This document shows positions 10,916-19,685 of a stretch of DNA of 63,060 nt, piece after piece. The notes under the pieces were generated by a model. It was not told the origin of the DNA. It made no database searches and saw nothing but the letters and a program-made list of their open reading frames with translations. Within the stretch, counting starts at the first letter, position 1, and each line of letters begins with the position of its first letter. This DNA is from Nanobdellati archaeon (GTDB taxonomy: Archaea > Nanobdellota > Nanobdellia > Woesearchaeales > GCA-2686295). Location: assembly GCA_014384375.1 (NCBI GenBank), contig JACNFY010000017.1:1-63060 (forward strand), in the 5' to 3' direction. A program made the position numbers and the translations under genes.

Positions 10916-11083
10916 ATGACAGAACAGTGTATTTCATGCAAAACAACTGTGGCTAATGAGACTGGTTCAGTTAGATTTCTATGCCCAAAATGTGGCAAGT
11001 ATGAAATAGTTAGATGCAAGAATTGTAGGCAGATAGTAGCGAAGTACACCTGCCCTAAATGTGAATTTACAGGACCTAACTAG
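10916..11083 (+). CDS. Small Zn-ribbon protein (COG2888/DUF1610-like), 55 aa
   Basis: Not in ORF track. MTEQCISC...CPKCG...RCKNCR...YTCPKCEFTGPN, four CxxC motifs; usual position upstream of EF-1beta. Confidence 0.9.
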   Translation: MTEQCISCKTTVANETGSVRFLCPKCGKYEIVRCKNCRQIVAKYTCPKCEFTGPN

Positions 11084-11086
11084 AAA

Positions 11087-11365
11087 ATGACTAATGCAAT
11101 AGTGACGGTTAAGATAATGCCTGTATCTCCAGATGTCGATCTTGAAGCAGTTAAAGAAAAAGCTCTTGAAGAAATAAAAACATTTGCAGGAGAAGGCGAT
11201 ACAAAATCAGAGATACAACCAGTGGCTTTTGGCTTAAATGCTCTTAGTATAATCTTTATCATGGATGAAAGCCTTGGAAGTCCTGATGTCCTTGCTGAGA
11301 AAGTTGAAGCAATGGATGGCGTAAACTCAGCAGAAATAACAGATGTCAGGAGAGCTGTTGGATAA
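11087..11365 (+). CDS. ef1b: Elongation factor 1-beta
   Basis: VKIMPVSPDVDL, PVAFGLNAL motifs; 92 aa. Confidence 0.95.
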   Translation: MTNAIVTVKIMPVSPDVDLEAVKEKALEEIKTFAGEGDTKSEIQPVAFGLNALSIIFIMDESLGSPDVLAEKVEAMDGVNSAEITDVRRAVG

Positions 11366-11419
11366 TACTATTTTTTCTTATGGTAAAATTATAAGCAAAA
11401 TTTAAATAGTAATAAATTA

Positions 11420-12022
11420 ATGAAATACTATATGGATAGTGATTTATTAAAAAACAGTAAAAAAGTTGGTGCAATTTTCTTGGCAACTATATTAATTTCA
11501 TTTCTTTCTTTGATGATTATAAACTCTCAAGAAACATTTGAATTAGGTAATATAAGCAAAAGTTTATTTTTTCTATTTTTATTTTTCTTAATAATCTTTC
11601 ATTTTTTATTTAAATATCAAAAAGAAGTATATCATAAGAAATCCATGTTTTGGAAAATTCCTTTAATAGCAATTGCAATATGGATTTTAGGGATGGCACT
11701 CCTTTTTATTCAAGCAAGTTCTAAGTATTCTGATCCTGGTTGGGCATTGTGGGCAATAATCATGATTGGTTTAATTGGAGCAGTCATAATTGTAGTTTTT
11801 TCTCTTATACTAGTTGTAAATTCATGGTTCAGAACAAATCTTTTCATTGTTGCATGGACAATTTTTGTGTTTGTAACCATAGGATCATTATTTAAAGAAA
11901 GTGCTTTTTATATATTCTCATTTCCTATTGGTTCTTTAGTTGGAACATTACTTGCAATTTATTTTAAAAAACACCCTTGGAAATTAAAAGAACCACAAAA
12001 AGAAATATTTAATGAGGAATAA
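11420..12022 (+). CDS. Hypothetical multi-pass membrane protein
   Basis: 200 aa, about 6 TM helices, very AT-rich. Confidence 0.6.
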   Translation: MKYYMDSDLLKNSKKVGAIFLATILISFLSLMIINSQETFELGNISKSLFFLFLFFLIIFHFLFKYQKEVYHKKSMFWKIPLIAIAIWILGMALLFIQASSKYSDPGWALWAIIMIGLIGAVIIVVFSLILVVNSWFRTNLFIVAWTIFVFVTIGSLFKESAFYIFSFPIGSLVGTLLAIYFKKHPWKLKEPQKEIFNEE

Positions 12023-12053
12023 ATAAAATTAGAACTAATATCTTGATTTTTCT

Positions 12054-13085
12054 TTAAATATTTTTTATTATCAATACAAGATTCTCTTTTTCTATATCTG
12101 ACTTGATTCCAAAAGGATTGAAGTGAGTCCTGGAAACCTTGTAACCTTTCTTTTTTATCAAACCCATCAATGTTTCATATTTGGGAACCTGTATTTTGAA
12201 TTCTTCGCATATTCTATGTATGTCGTGAAATCCTACAATATCAAGCTCTTCATCAATAACTGAAAGAAACTTCTTTGTCTCTTCATCAGCATCCTTTAAC
12301 ATTTTCTTAACAAGTCTTTTGTCAAAAAGCTGTCCAAGCCATAAAGGGCCTGCTGTGTTAAAGAAATCATGCTTTCTTAATATCTTATCAACTTTCTTCT
12401 TGCCTTTCTCGCATTTGAAGAAAACCCTGAAATAATGATCCTTGCTGTATGTAAAGATAGGTGTCAATGCCTTGTCATACTGCGCGCCAACTAACTGCAC
12501 TTTTCTGATTAATATCCTCACTCCCATTTCATGCTTTAACTCGTTTCTCACAGGCTTTGCCCAGTACTTTCTCCTGCAAGCGTTTTCATAAGTGCCTGAA
12601 AGTGCAGAAGTGTCTGTGGCAGTCACTGCAAGAATTCCTTTCCTCGCAAGTCTTGTTATAGCTGCATCTAAGAAGGGATTTGGAGTTCCGAAAGGATCAA
12701 TGTCAATATAGTCAAAACCAGAGCTGTTTAATAAGAAAAGGTTTGCATCTTCATTAGAAATGAAAATATTATTTTTTCCTTTTATATTATTAATAGTAAT
12801 AGTATCTTGCATAGTTTTCAAGAAATCTTTTTTATTATCATTGAAAGAAATACTCTTGATTTTATTTCTCTTTAATTCCAATAGAAACCTGATCCCCCTT
12901 ATTCCAGTGCCTGATAATGGAAGTCCTATCTGTAACTTGCTTTTTCTCAAAGAGTTAAGAAGCAGGACACTAATATCCCTGTTTAATTTCATAACTGGAT
13001 TGTAAAATACAAGTAGTTTCTTTGAAATCTTCTTTTCTCTGGAAACCTTTATCTTTGCTTTTCCTTCCTGAATAATCTGAAACAT
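12054..13085 (-). CDS. trm1: tRNA (guanine26-N2)-dimethyltransferase Trm1 (compact form)
   Basis: VFYNP-x-M-x2-NRD, SGTGIRGIR, DIDPFGTP, VTATD, GPLWLG, SRTHF. Confidence 0.95.
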   Translation of the reverse strand: MFQIIQEGKAKIKVSREKKISKKLLVFYNPVMKLNRDISVLLLNSLRKSKLQIGLPLSGTGIRGIRFLLELKRNKIKSISFNDNKKDFLKTMQDTITINNIKGKNNIFISNEDANLFLLNSSGFDYIDIDPFGTPNPFLDAAITRLARKGILAVTATDTSALSGTYENACRRKYWAKPVRNELKHEMGVRILIRKVQLVGAQYDKALTPIFTYSKDHYFRVFFKCEKGKKKVDKILRKHDFFNTAGPLWLGQLFDKRLVKKMLKDADEETKKFLSVIDEELDIVGFHDIHRICEEFKIQVPKYETLMGLIKKKGYKVSRTHFNPFGIKSDIEKENLVLIIKNI

Positions 13086-13112
13086 TTAGAATAGAAAAGA
13101 AAATTTGTTTAT

Positions 13113-13520
13113 TTAGCTTTTCCTATAATAGAACACAATAACTGCAATAACCAATAACACAAAAGAACTTCCGTATAGGTTCAAATCAGTTATTGCTGTC
13201 TTGAAGAAACCACTAATTCCAGCTATTAATAATGAATGCAGCACCCAGCTTATCAATACAGGGTAACCATACTCTTCCCAGTATGTGTTGAAGATTCTGT
13301 GTTTGTAAATTGCTCTGAAGATGAACAATCCAGGCACGAAGAACATGTACAATGCACCGTAGAACTTGCTGAAAGTAGTTGTCATAGGAACTTTGAATGC
13401 CAGCAACACCAATGCAAGGACAATTCCTGTAACTATGTAATATCCAAAGAACTTCAACTCTTTCTTGCTAATCAATTCTTTTCTAGAACTTGGTTTATTC
13501 TTAGCTTTCTTTTTAGCCAT
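13113..13520 (-). CDS. Hypothetical membrane protein
   Basis: Four TM helices; ATG (MAKKK) at 13520 is more plausible than the upstream TTG. Confidence 0.6.
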   Translation of the reverse strand: MAKKKAKNKPSSRKELISKKELKFFGYYIVTGIVLALVLLAFKVPMTTTFSKFYGALYMFFVPGLFIFRAIYKHRIFNTYWEEYGYPVLISWVLHSLLIAGISGFFKTAITDLNLYGSSFVLLVIAVIVFYYRKS

Positions 13521-13662
13521 TATAAAAAAGAAAAATAAAAAGAATACAAAAACTTTTCGGTTTTTGAACAACAAAATATTTGGATTTTGAGTTCCAAAAA
13601 GCTTTGCTTTTTGTTATTCCAAAAACTTCTTTTTTGTAACTTTAAAAATTTATTGAAATTAT

Positions 13663-14040
13663 TTATACATGAGGTATATTATGTTCTTCTAATATATATT
13701 CTAATAATCCATGAGTTTTTCTTATGGATTGTATTACTCGATGGTTCTTGAGTCTTTCAATCTCTGTTCTTGTAGATTCTGTTTGAACTTGGTTATGCAG
13801 CCATATTGCTTGTCGGAGGTCTCTAACATTTGGATGATGATAGAGGTTTTTCATATGTGACGGGTACTCTTGTCTCTGGTCTGTGTGGTCTAATCTATGA
13901 CAGTTAACAACATCTAGAAATATTACTGCATCTATTGGAACCTGACTGAAATCTATTGTTCCACTTTTTTTATATTGTTCTGCAGCTGGCAGTAATTGGA
14001 TATCTATTGTATATTTGCTAGTTCCTTCTGATGACATCAC
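13663..14040 (-). CDS. Hypothetical protein
   Basis: 125-aa ORF filling the intergenic gap, no recognised motif. Confidence 0.5.
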   Translation of the reverse strand: MMSSEGTSKYTIDIQLLPAAEQYKKSGTIDFSQVPIDAVIFLDVVNCHRLDHTDQRQEYPSHMKNLYHHPNVRDLRQAIWLHNQVQTESTRTEIERLKNHRVIQSIRKTHGLLEYILEEHNIPHV

Positions 14041-14123
14041 TACTATAAAGTGATAAATTATTTATAAATTTTTCTATTTAGGGATAAATAACTTTTATAA
14101 AGCGACAATTATTTCTCCAAGGT

Positions 14124-15884
14124 ATGGCAACAAGAAGCCCAATAGTCTCTGTACTAGGACACGTGGATCACGGAAAATCCTCTATTTTAGATGCTATTAG
14201 AGGCACGAATATTGTTTCTGGGGAGGCAGGAGCTATCACACAAGCAATAGGTGCTTCAATAATACCATTAGAGGTTGTCAAGAAGAAATGTGGCAAACTC
14301 TTAGAAACCTTGAAGATGGACTTCACGATTCCTGGACTTCTATTCATAGACACGCCAGGACATGCAGCTTTTACAACCCTGAGAAAGAGAGGAGGCAGCC
14401 TTGCAGACATAGCAATCCTTGTTGTCGATATAAATGAAGGTTTCAAGCCGCAAACAATTGAAGCAATCGAAGTATTAAAAAGCTATAAGACACCATTCAT
14501 CATCGCAGCTAACAAGCTGGATTTAATACCTGGTTATAATAAAGTATATGGTACAGTTCTTCAAGACATCAAAGCACAGAATCCAAATGTTCAATCAGAG
14601 GTTGATAAGAGGTTATATGAGTTGGTTGGACAGCTTCATGACAGGTTTAGTCTTGTTTCTGAACGGTTTGACAGAGTAAGCAATTACACTGAACAAATCG
14701 CTATAATTCCCTGCTCTGCAAAGGAACGAATTGGATTGCAGGAATTATTAATGGTGATTACTGGATTAGCCCAGAAGTTTTTGGAGGAAAGCCTTAAGGT
14801 TGATGTTTCTGGAAGAGCAAAAGGAACAATACTTGAAGTAAAGGAGGAGAAGGGTCTTGGGAAGACAATAGATTTGATAATCTACGATGGAACCTTGTCT
14901 GTCAATGATACCATAGTTATAGGAAGTCTTGATGAGCCAATAGTTACAAAGGTGAGGGCTCTATTAGAGCCTGATTCTTTGGCAGAGATGCGTGACAAGA
15001 AGACCAAGTTTCGTTCCGTAAAGAATGTAAGCGCTGCTACTGGTGTGAAGATAGCTGCTCCTGAACTAGAAGGAGCAGTAGCAGGAATGCCTGTCAGAGC
15101 TTGTTCTCCTGAGGAAGTCGAGCAGGTCAAGGAGAGCCTGATGTCAGAAGTAGAAGAAGTCTTGATAGAGACGGATTCTTCAGGCATAATTATAAAAACA
15201 GACACCATAGGAAGCTTGGAAGCTGTGATCAAGATTTTGAAAGACAAGAACGTTCCTATTAGAAAAGCATCCATAGGTAATATCACAAAGAAGGACTATG
15301 CAGAAGCTGAGAGTAATTATGAAAAGGATCTTTTGCTAGCAGTGATTCTAGGATTTAACGTGATTGATGAAGCAATTGCTTCAAGTAAAGTTGTGAAAGT
15401 GTTGGTCAATGACGTCATTTATAAATTGGTGGATGACTTTGAGCAGTGGCAGGAAGAGACAAGGAAGTCTGAGGAAGCTAAGAGATTAGATGCTCTTGTC
15501 AGGCCATGCAAACTAGAAGTGTTGCAGAACTGTATATTCAGACAGAGCAACCCATGCATTGTTGGAGTGGAAGTAATTGTAGGTACTGCTAAGATAGGCA
15601 TGCCTTTGATGAAACCTGATAGGAAGCTATCTGAGATTAAATCAATCCAATCAGAAGGTGAGAATCTTCAGAAAGCAGAGAAAGGAAAACAAGTCGCAAT
15701 ATCAATACCAAAAGTCATGGCTGGTAGGCATATTAACGAAGGAGATATTCTCTACTCAGACATACCTGAGGATGATTTCAGGAAGATTAAGAAGTTCACT
15801 AATTTCCTGACAAAGGACGAGATAAATGTTTTGAAGAAGATAGCAGAGATAAAGAGAAAAGATAACCTTGTGTGGGGTGTATGA
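14124..15884 (+). CDS. infB: Translation initiation factor aIF5B (IF-2)
   Basis: GHVDHGKS, GAITQAIGA, DTPGH, NKLD GTPase motifs. Confidence 0.98.
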   Translation: MATRSPIVSVLGHVDHGKSSILDAIRGTNIVSGEAGAITQAIGASIIPLEVVKKKCGKLLETLKMDFTIPGLLFIDTPGHAAFTTLRKRGGSLADIAILVVDINEGFKPQTIEAIEVLKSYKTPFIIAANKLDLIPGYNKVYGTVLQDIKAQNPNVQSEVDKRLYELVGQLHDRFSLVSERFDRVSNYTEQIAIIPCSAKERIGLQELLMVITGLAQKFLEESLKVDVSGRAKGTILEVKEEKGLGKTIDLIIYDGTLSVNDTIVIGSLDEPIVTKVRALLEPDSLAEMRDKKTKFRSVKNVSAATGVKIAAPELEGAVAGMPVRACSPEEVEQVKESLMSEVEEVLIETDSSGIIIKTDTIGSLEAVIKILKDKNVPIRKASIGNITKKDYAEAESNYEKDLLLAVILGFNVIDEAIASSKVVKVLVNDVIYKLVDDFEQWQEETRKSEEAKRLDALVRPCKLEVLQNCIFRQSNPCIVGVEVIVGTAKIGMPLMKPDRKLSEIKSIQSEGENLQKAEKGKQVAISIPKVMAGRHINEGDILYSDIPEDDFRKIKKFTNFLTKDEINVLKKIAEIKRKDNLVWGV

Positions 15885-16342
15885 TGCAACACCTAAAAAT
15901 CCTTAACTCAAAGGAAACTAAGAGGATTCTTAAGTTGCTAAAACAACAGTTCGGCTTTGAAGGAAAACTTGGCTTTGTTTTTCTAGTGAATAATAAAGAT
16001 AGAGTTTATGTTGTTAATCGTGATATTGAAAGGGTTGAGTTGGAGAAGTTAAGGATTAATGCTCTTGGTCTCTACTTCGGCACTTTTATTAAAGGTGAGT
16101 TGAGGCTTAGCATAGAGGGAAGCCAAATAATTGGGCCGAGAGCAAAAAAGAACATCCTTGACATTAATGATAAGGAGTTTGAGATTTGGTTGAAAGGAGA
16201 AGATTTCAAGATGAATACTGACTTAGAAGGTTTTGTTCTTGTAAAATACAGAGATGACTTTGTAGGTTGTGGCAAGGTCAGTAATGGAACACTTCTAAAC
16301 TATGTTCCAAAAGCGAGAAGATTAATTGTTGTGAATAATTAG
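15872..16342 (+). CDS. NIP7/RsmF-C-terminal-like PUA-domain protein (ribosome biogenesis)
   Basis: GLYFG, RLSIEG, W-x2-G-x-D, GCGK, LLNYVPK-x-RR pattern; true start may be 15881/15884. Confidence 0.75.
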   Translation: MGCMMQHLKILNSKETKRILKLLKQQFGFEGKLGFVFLVNNKDRVYVVNRDIERVELEKLRINALGLYFGTFIKGELRLSIEGSQIIGPRAKKNILDINDKEFEIWLKGEDFKMNTDLEGFVLVKYRDDFVGCGKVSNGTLLNYVPKARRLIVVNN

Positions 16343-17538
16343 TTTTCTGGAGTGGTTTCTGGTATATTATCCACGTATTCCAGTCTCTCGAAAAGTGGTG
16401 CCAACTGTTTCTGTAGCTCATAGTGAATAGGTCTCCACTTATCTCTTCTTAGATTCTCTTGTCGCTCAACATACCTGGCGTGATTGAGATTCTTATCTTT
16501 CTTATCTTGGATTTCTCCTACAGTATCCTGCACTTGTATTTCAAATGTTTGGTAAACAGTATTACCTTGGAAATCTCTTATTTGGGTAGGAAGATCAATA
16601 TGTATGGCTGAGTGCTTGGATATGGAATCGAATTTTTCTCTTGGAAGATTGTAATGACGAACTTTTCCTTTCAGATTTGTTCCATACTCTGCTGCCAGTT
16701 CTGATAACTTTTTCAAGACCCTTAAAGCATTATCCTCATCTGATGTGACAATTCTTATGGCGGATGTATCGCAAATTAACAATTCTTCAGATTCTATTCC
16801 AGCTATCCTATCAGTAAACTTGCTTAGAAGTCTACCTCCTGACTTCATCCTCCCACCTATCTTTGTAGCACATTCAGATTCTGACGGGTTTTTTACAAAA
16901 TACCAGTTTCCTGCAGCTATGAAGAATGTATCTTCTGGATCTTTGCATCTTCTTGTTTCACATTGAGTATCAACTTCTCCCTTTTTGTAACTTGCAAAGA
17001 AATCTTTGTCCATGATTGCAGACTCAGTCTCTGTGTCATACAATGTTACCTCATCACAAGTGTTGCATCTTACTTCATGCATATGAATAATATAGTAATC
17101 CAAGGATCTGTTCCTTCTATCAACAAAAAGTTTTGGAATAAGTTTATGTTCTATGAAATCAATCATATCGAACTCTAACTTTCCAAGCACGCTGACCATC
17201 TCATTAGCTAATGTTCTTATTTCTTCTTCTGGAATGACTTTGCCAAGTATTTCTTGGATATACATGGATTCGATTTCTTTAGCTTCTCTCCTTATTGCCT
17301 CATTTCCTGATTTTCTCAAATCTGTTATTCTTGCTTGTTGTTTTCGTATATAGTTAAAATCTGTTTTTGTAAGATACCCTTTGAATATTTTTCTCGCATG
17401 TGTCCCTTTTGCTCCTCTATCAAATTTCTCTAGGTCTATGGTTATATCTTCTAATAGTTCGATGCGGGTTATAAGGCTCTCAAGAGTCTCCTGCATCTGT
17501 TGATTTGCAAAAAAAGCTTTGGTTTTTCTTTTCATCAT
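16339..17538 (-). CDS. Divergent RelA/SpoT-family synthetase-like nucleotidyl/pyrophosphotransferase with Zn-ribbon-like segment
   Basis: GRMKS-x5-SK, D-x2-AIRIV, HSAIH, FEIQVQD match RSH SYN motifs in order; CNTC...CETRRC upstream. Confidence 0.7.
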   Translation of the reverse strand: MMKRKTKAFFANQQMQETLESLITRIELLEDITIDLEKFDRGAKGTHARKIFKGYLTKTDFNYIRKQQARITDLRKSGNEAIRREAKEIESMYIQEILGKVIPEEEIRTLANEMVSVLGKLEFDMIDFIEHKLIPKLFVDRRNRSLDYYIIHMHEVRCNTCDEVTLYDTETESAIMDKDFFASYKKGEVDTQCETRRCKDPEDTFFIAAGNWYFVKNPSESECATKIGGRMKSGGRLLSKFTDRIAGIESEELLICDTSAIRIVTSDEDNALRVLKKLSELAAEYGTNLKGKVRHYNLPREKFDSISKHSAIHIDLPTQIRDFQGNTVYQTFEIQVQDTVGEIQDKKDKNLNHARYVERQENLRRDKWRPIHYELQKQLAPLFERLEYVDNIPETTPEN

Positions 17539-17539
17539 T

Positions 17540-19213
17540 TTATCCTACTGCTCCCCACCCAAAAACCCGGTATCTTTTATTTCTACTTTCTAGATTTATT
17601 TCTTTCTTTTTAATGATTTTGGGAACTTCCAGGTTTCTATCTCTGTACATATCATTAAGATATGTAAGCATTAATCTTTTGAATATTTGAAGATGGATGT
17701 ATTGTTTCCTGTAATCTCCTCTCAATGGTTCCATGAGAGTCCTTTCATCAGATACGAATTTATCATAATTTGCCTCTAGTATGTCAAATGGATACCTTCT
17801 TTCGTCCATTTTAAATCTTGTTCTTCTTGCAAGCCATCCAGCTCTTGTATAGTTATGTAGTCTTCTGTCAAGGTGTATTTTGTCCAATACATCAAATCTT
17901 TGATTCAAGTCTTTTATACTATAAAGGTTATTTATCCCTTTTATAGTTCCTATAACATTAGTGTCAAGCTTCTTTTTTCTTAATTCTTTTTCCAGCCAGA
18001 TTTGGTCTATTTGCATAATAGGTTTAATGACTAGTCTATCTTTTGAATATAATTTTTCATCGTCAAAACTAAGATATTCTCTTTTGAATCCTGCACAGTG
18101 ATATTTTAATAGATGTTGTTCCATGGATTGAATCCTGCCTAAAGTTGCTATTATAATGTCTTCTTTTAGTCTGCTTTGGAAGTATTCATAGCCTTCTTTG
18201 TTCAAGTATTTGTTTATGGTGTCTACAACACGGAAACTCTTGTATATTGCTAGGAGTTTTTCAGGACCTGTTATTGCTCTGTCACGCTCTGCCCTGTGAC
18301 TTAGACTTTGAAATTGTCTTCCTATTGTTTCTAATGTTTCATCTCTCCATTTTCTGAATTTTTTACTAAGAGTGTGTTTCACCACACTTATTTTTTTTGT
18401 TCTTCTCTTTTCTTCTCCTCCAAGCAAATAAACCACCATGTCTCTGAGGAAGAGCATCAGACGACTAGGAACATCCTTGTATAAGTCATCCAGTTCGTTG
18501 ATGTTTGCTATGATGTCACCTCCTTTGATTTTCAAGACTTTTGGTATGTATTTTGCCAAGTGTTTTTTTCCGTTTAAATCAATCATGTCATCGGTGAATT
18601 CATAGTAATCACGTGGCTCTCCTGTATCAACGTCATACTTTGTTAGTTTATCAGCAATGAATTCGAGACCTTCGGCATCTTCAAGGAAACGATCTTTATC
18701 TTCTATATCAGAGTTTATTATGAACTCTTCGAACTCCTTCTTTATATCAGCTGGCATTACAGGGTTATCTTCATCATGTGTTTCTTCGACTACGTCATGA
18801 AGCAATGCTCCTATAACGTCGAGATAGCTTAACTCGTCACCCATGACAACATCCTCAAGATGTATCTTTCTTACAAGTGGAAGAGATAATTGACGAAGAC
18901 TAGACATACTGTCTGTTGTTCTAAACTCTTTTTCATAAAGCTCAACCACTATTTTTGCTACATCTGTTGGGTGTCCTGAGTAAAGCCTCCCTGTTTTTCT
19001 CTTGTTTTCCCCGTGCTTTAAAAGCATGTATTGTAAGAAGTGAGTTATTACTTTCACTTCATCGTCGTCAAAATACTCTGATTTGTTGTAGTATTCATTA
19101 ACAAATTTTTCTAGTTTTAGCGTGTTTTCTTGTTGGGCGTAGAAGTATAATGAACTGACTTTTTTAGGTTCAAAGATTGGTTTGACTCTTTGGTCTATAG
19201 TGTCGACTAGCAT
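17540..19213 (-). CDS. RelA/SpoT-type HD hydrolase-domain protein with long unknown C-terminal extension
   Basis: H-x4-RKTG-x2-Y-x2-HP-x2-VA, ALLHDVVEET, LTK, IKGGD-x3-N correspond to RSH/Mesh1 HD motifs. Confidence 0.8.
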   Translation of the reverse strand: MLVDTIDQRVKPIFEPKKVSSLYFYAQQENTLKLEKFVNEYYNKSEYFDDDEVKVITHFLQYMLLKHGENKRKTGRLYSGHPTDVAKIVVELYEKEFRTTDSMSSLRQLSLPLVRKIHLEDVVMGDELSYLDVIGALLHDVVEETHDEDNPVMPADIKKEFEEFIINSDIEDKDRFLEDAEGLEFIADKLTKYDVDTGEPRDYYEFTDDMIDLNGKKHLAKYIPKVLKIKGGDIIANINELDDLYKDVPSRLMLFLRDMVVYLLGGEEKRRTKKISVVKHTLSKKFRKWRDETLETIGRQFQSLSHRAERDRAITGPEKLLAIYKSFRVVDTINKYLNKEGYEYFQSRLKEDIIIATLGRIQSMEQHLLKYHCAGFKREYLSFDDEKLYSKDRLVIKPIMQIDQIWLEKELRKKKLDTNVIGTIKGINNLYSIKDLNQRFDVLDKIHLDRRLHNYTRAGWLARRTRFKMDERRYPFDILEANYDKFVSDERTLMEPLRGDYRKQYIHLQIFKRLMLTYLNDMYRDRNLEVPKIIKKKEINLESRNKRYRVFGWGAVG

Positions 19214-19275
19214 GGGCTTACATAGAAATTAAGAGAAGTTTAAAAATGTTATGACTTTTCACTATTAACTAGTAG

Positions 19276-19521
19276 TTAAAGTATGTCTTCTATTGGTTTT
19301 TTCTTTTTCTTTTGGTCTTTAACCATTTCCTCAGCTTGCTTCTGCAAGTCGATACCAAGATCCTTTAGGGCTCCGATGTGCATCTGCATCAACTGCTCAA
19401 CAATCTGTAGAATCCTTGCCAACTCCTGCCTCTCCTTAGCAAGAGTGCTCAAAGCACCTTTGTGAAAACCAATTTGTTCTTCTTTTGATTGCGGTTCTGC
19501 TTCGTTCTTTTTCTTAGCCAT
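19276..19521 (-). CDS. Small hypothetical coiled-coil protein
   Basis: 81 aa, strong SD (GAGGAGG) upstream. Confidence 0.7.
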   Translation of the reverse strand: MAKKKNEAEPQSKEEQIGFHKGALSTLAKERQELARILQIVEQLMQMHIGALKDLGIDLQKQAEEMVKDQKKKKKPIEDIL

Positions 19522-19685
19522 TATGAATTCCTCCTCTTAATTATTAGTTGTATTATCGAAGAATAATGTTTGTTTTTTAAATCTTGCCATAACAAAAACA
19601 TTTTCATATTTTTGAATGCCAGAAAATCAATTACTTTTTTTTAGCATAGCAACATTAATAAATCATGAGCATTTCTAACTAATAC

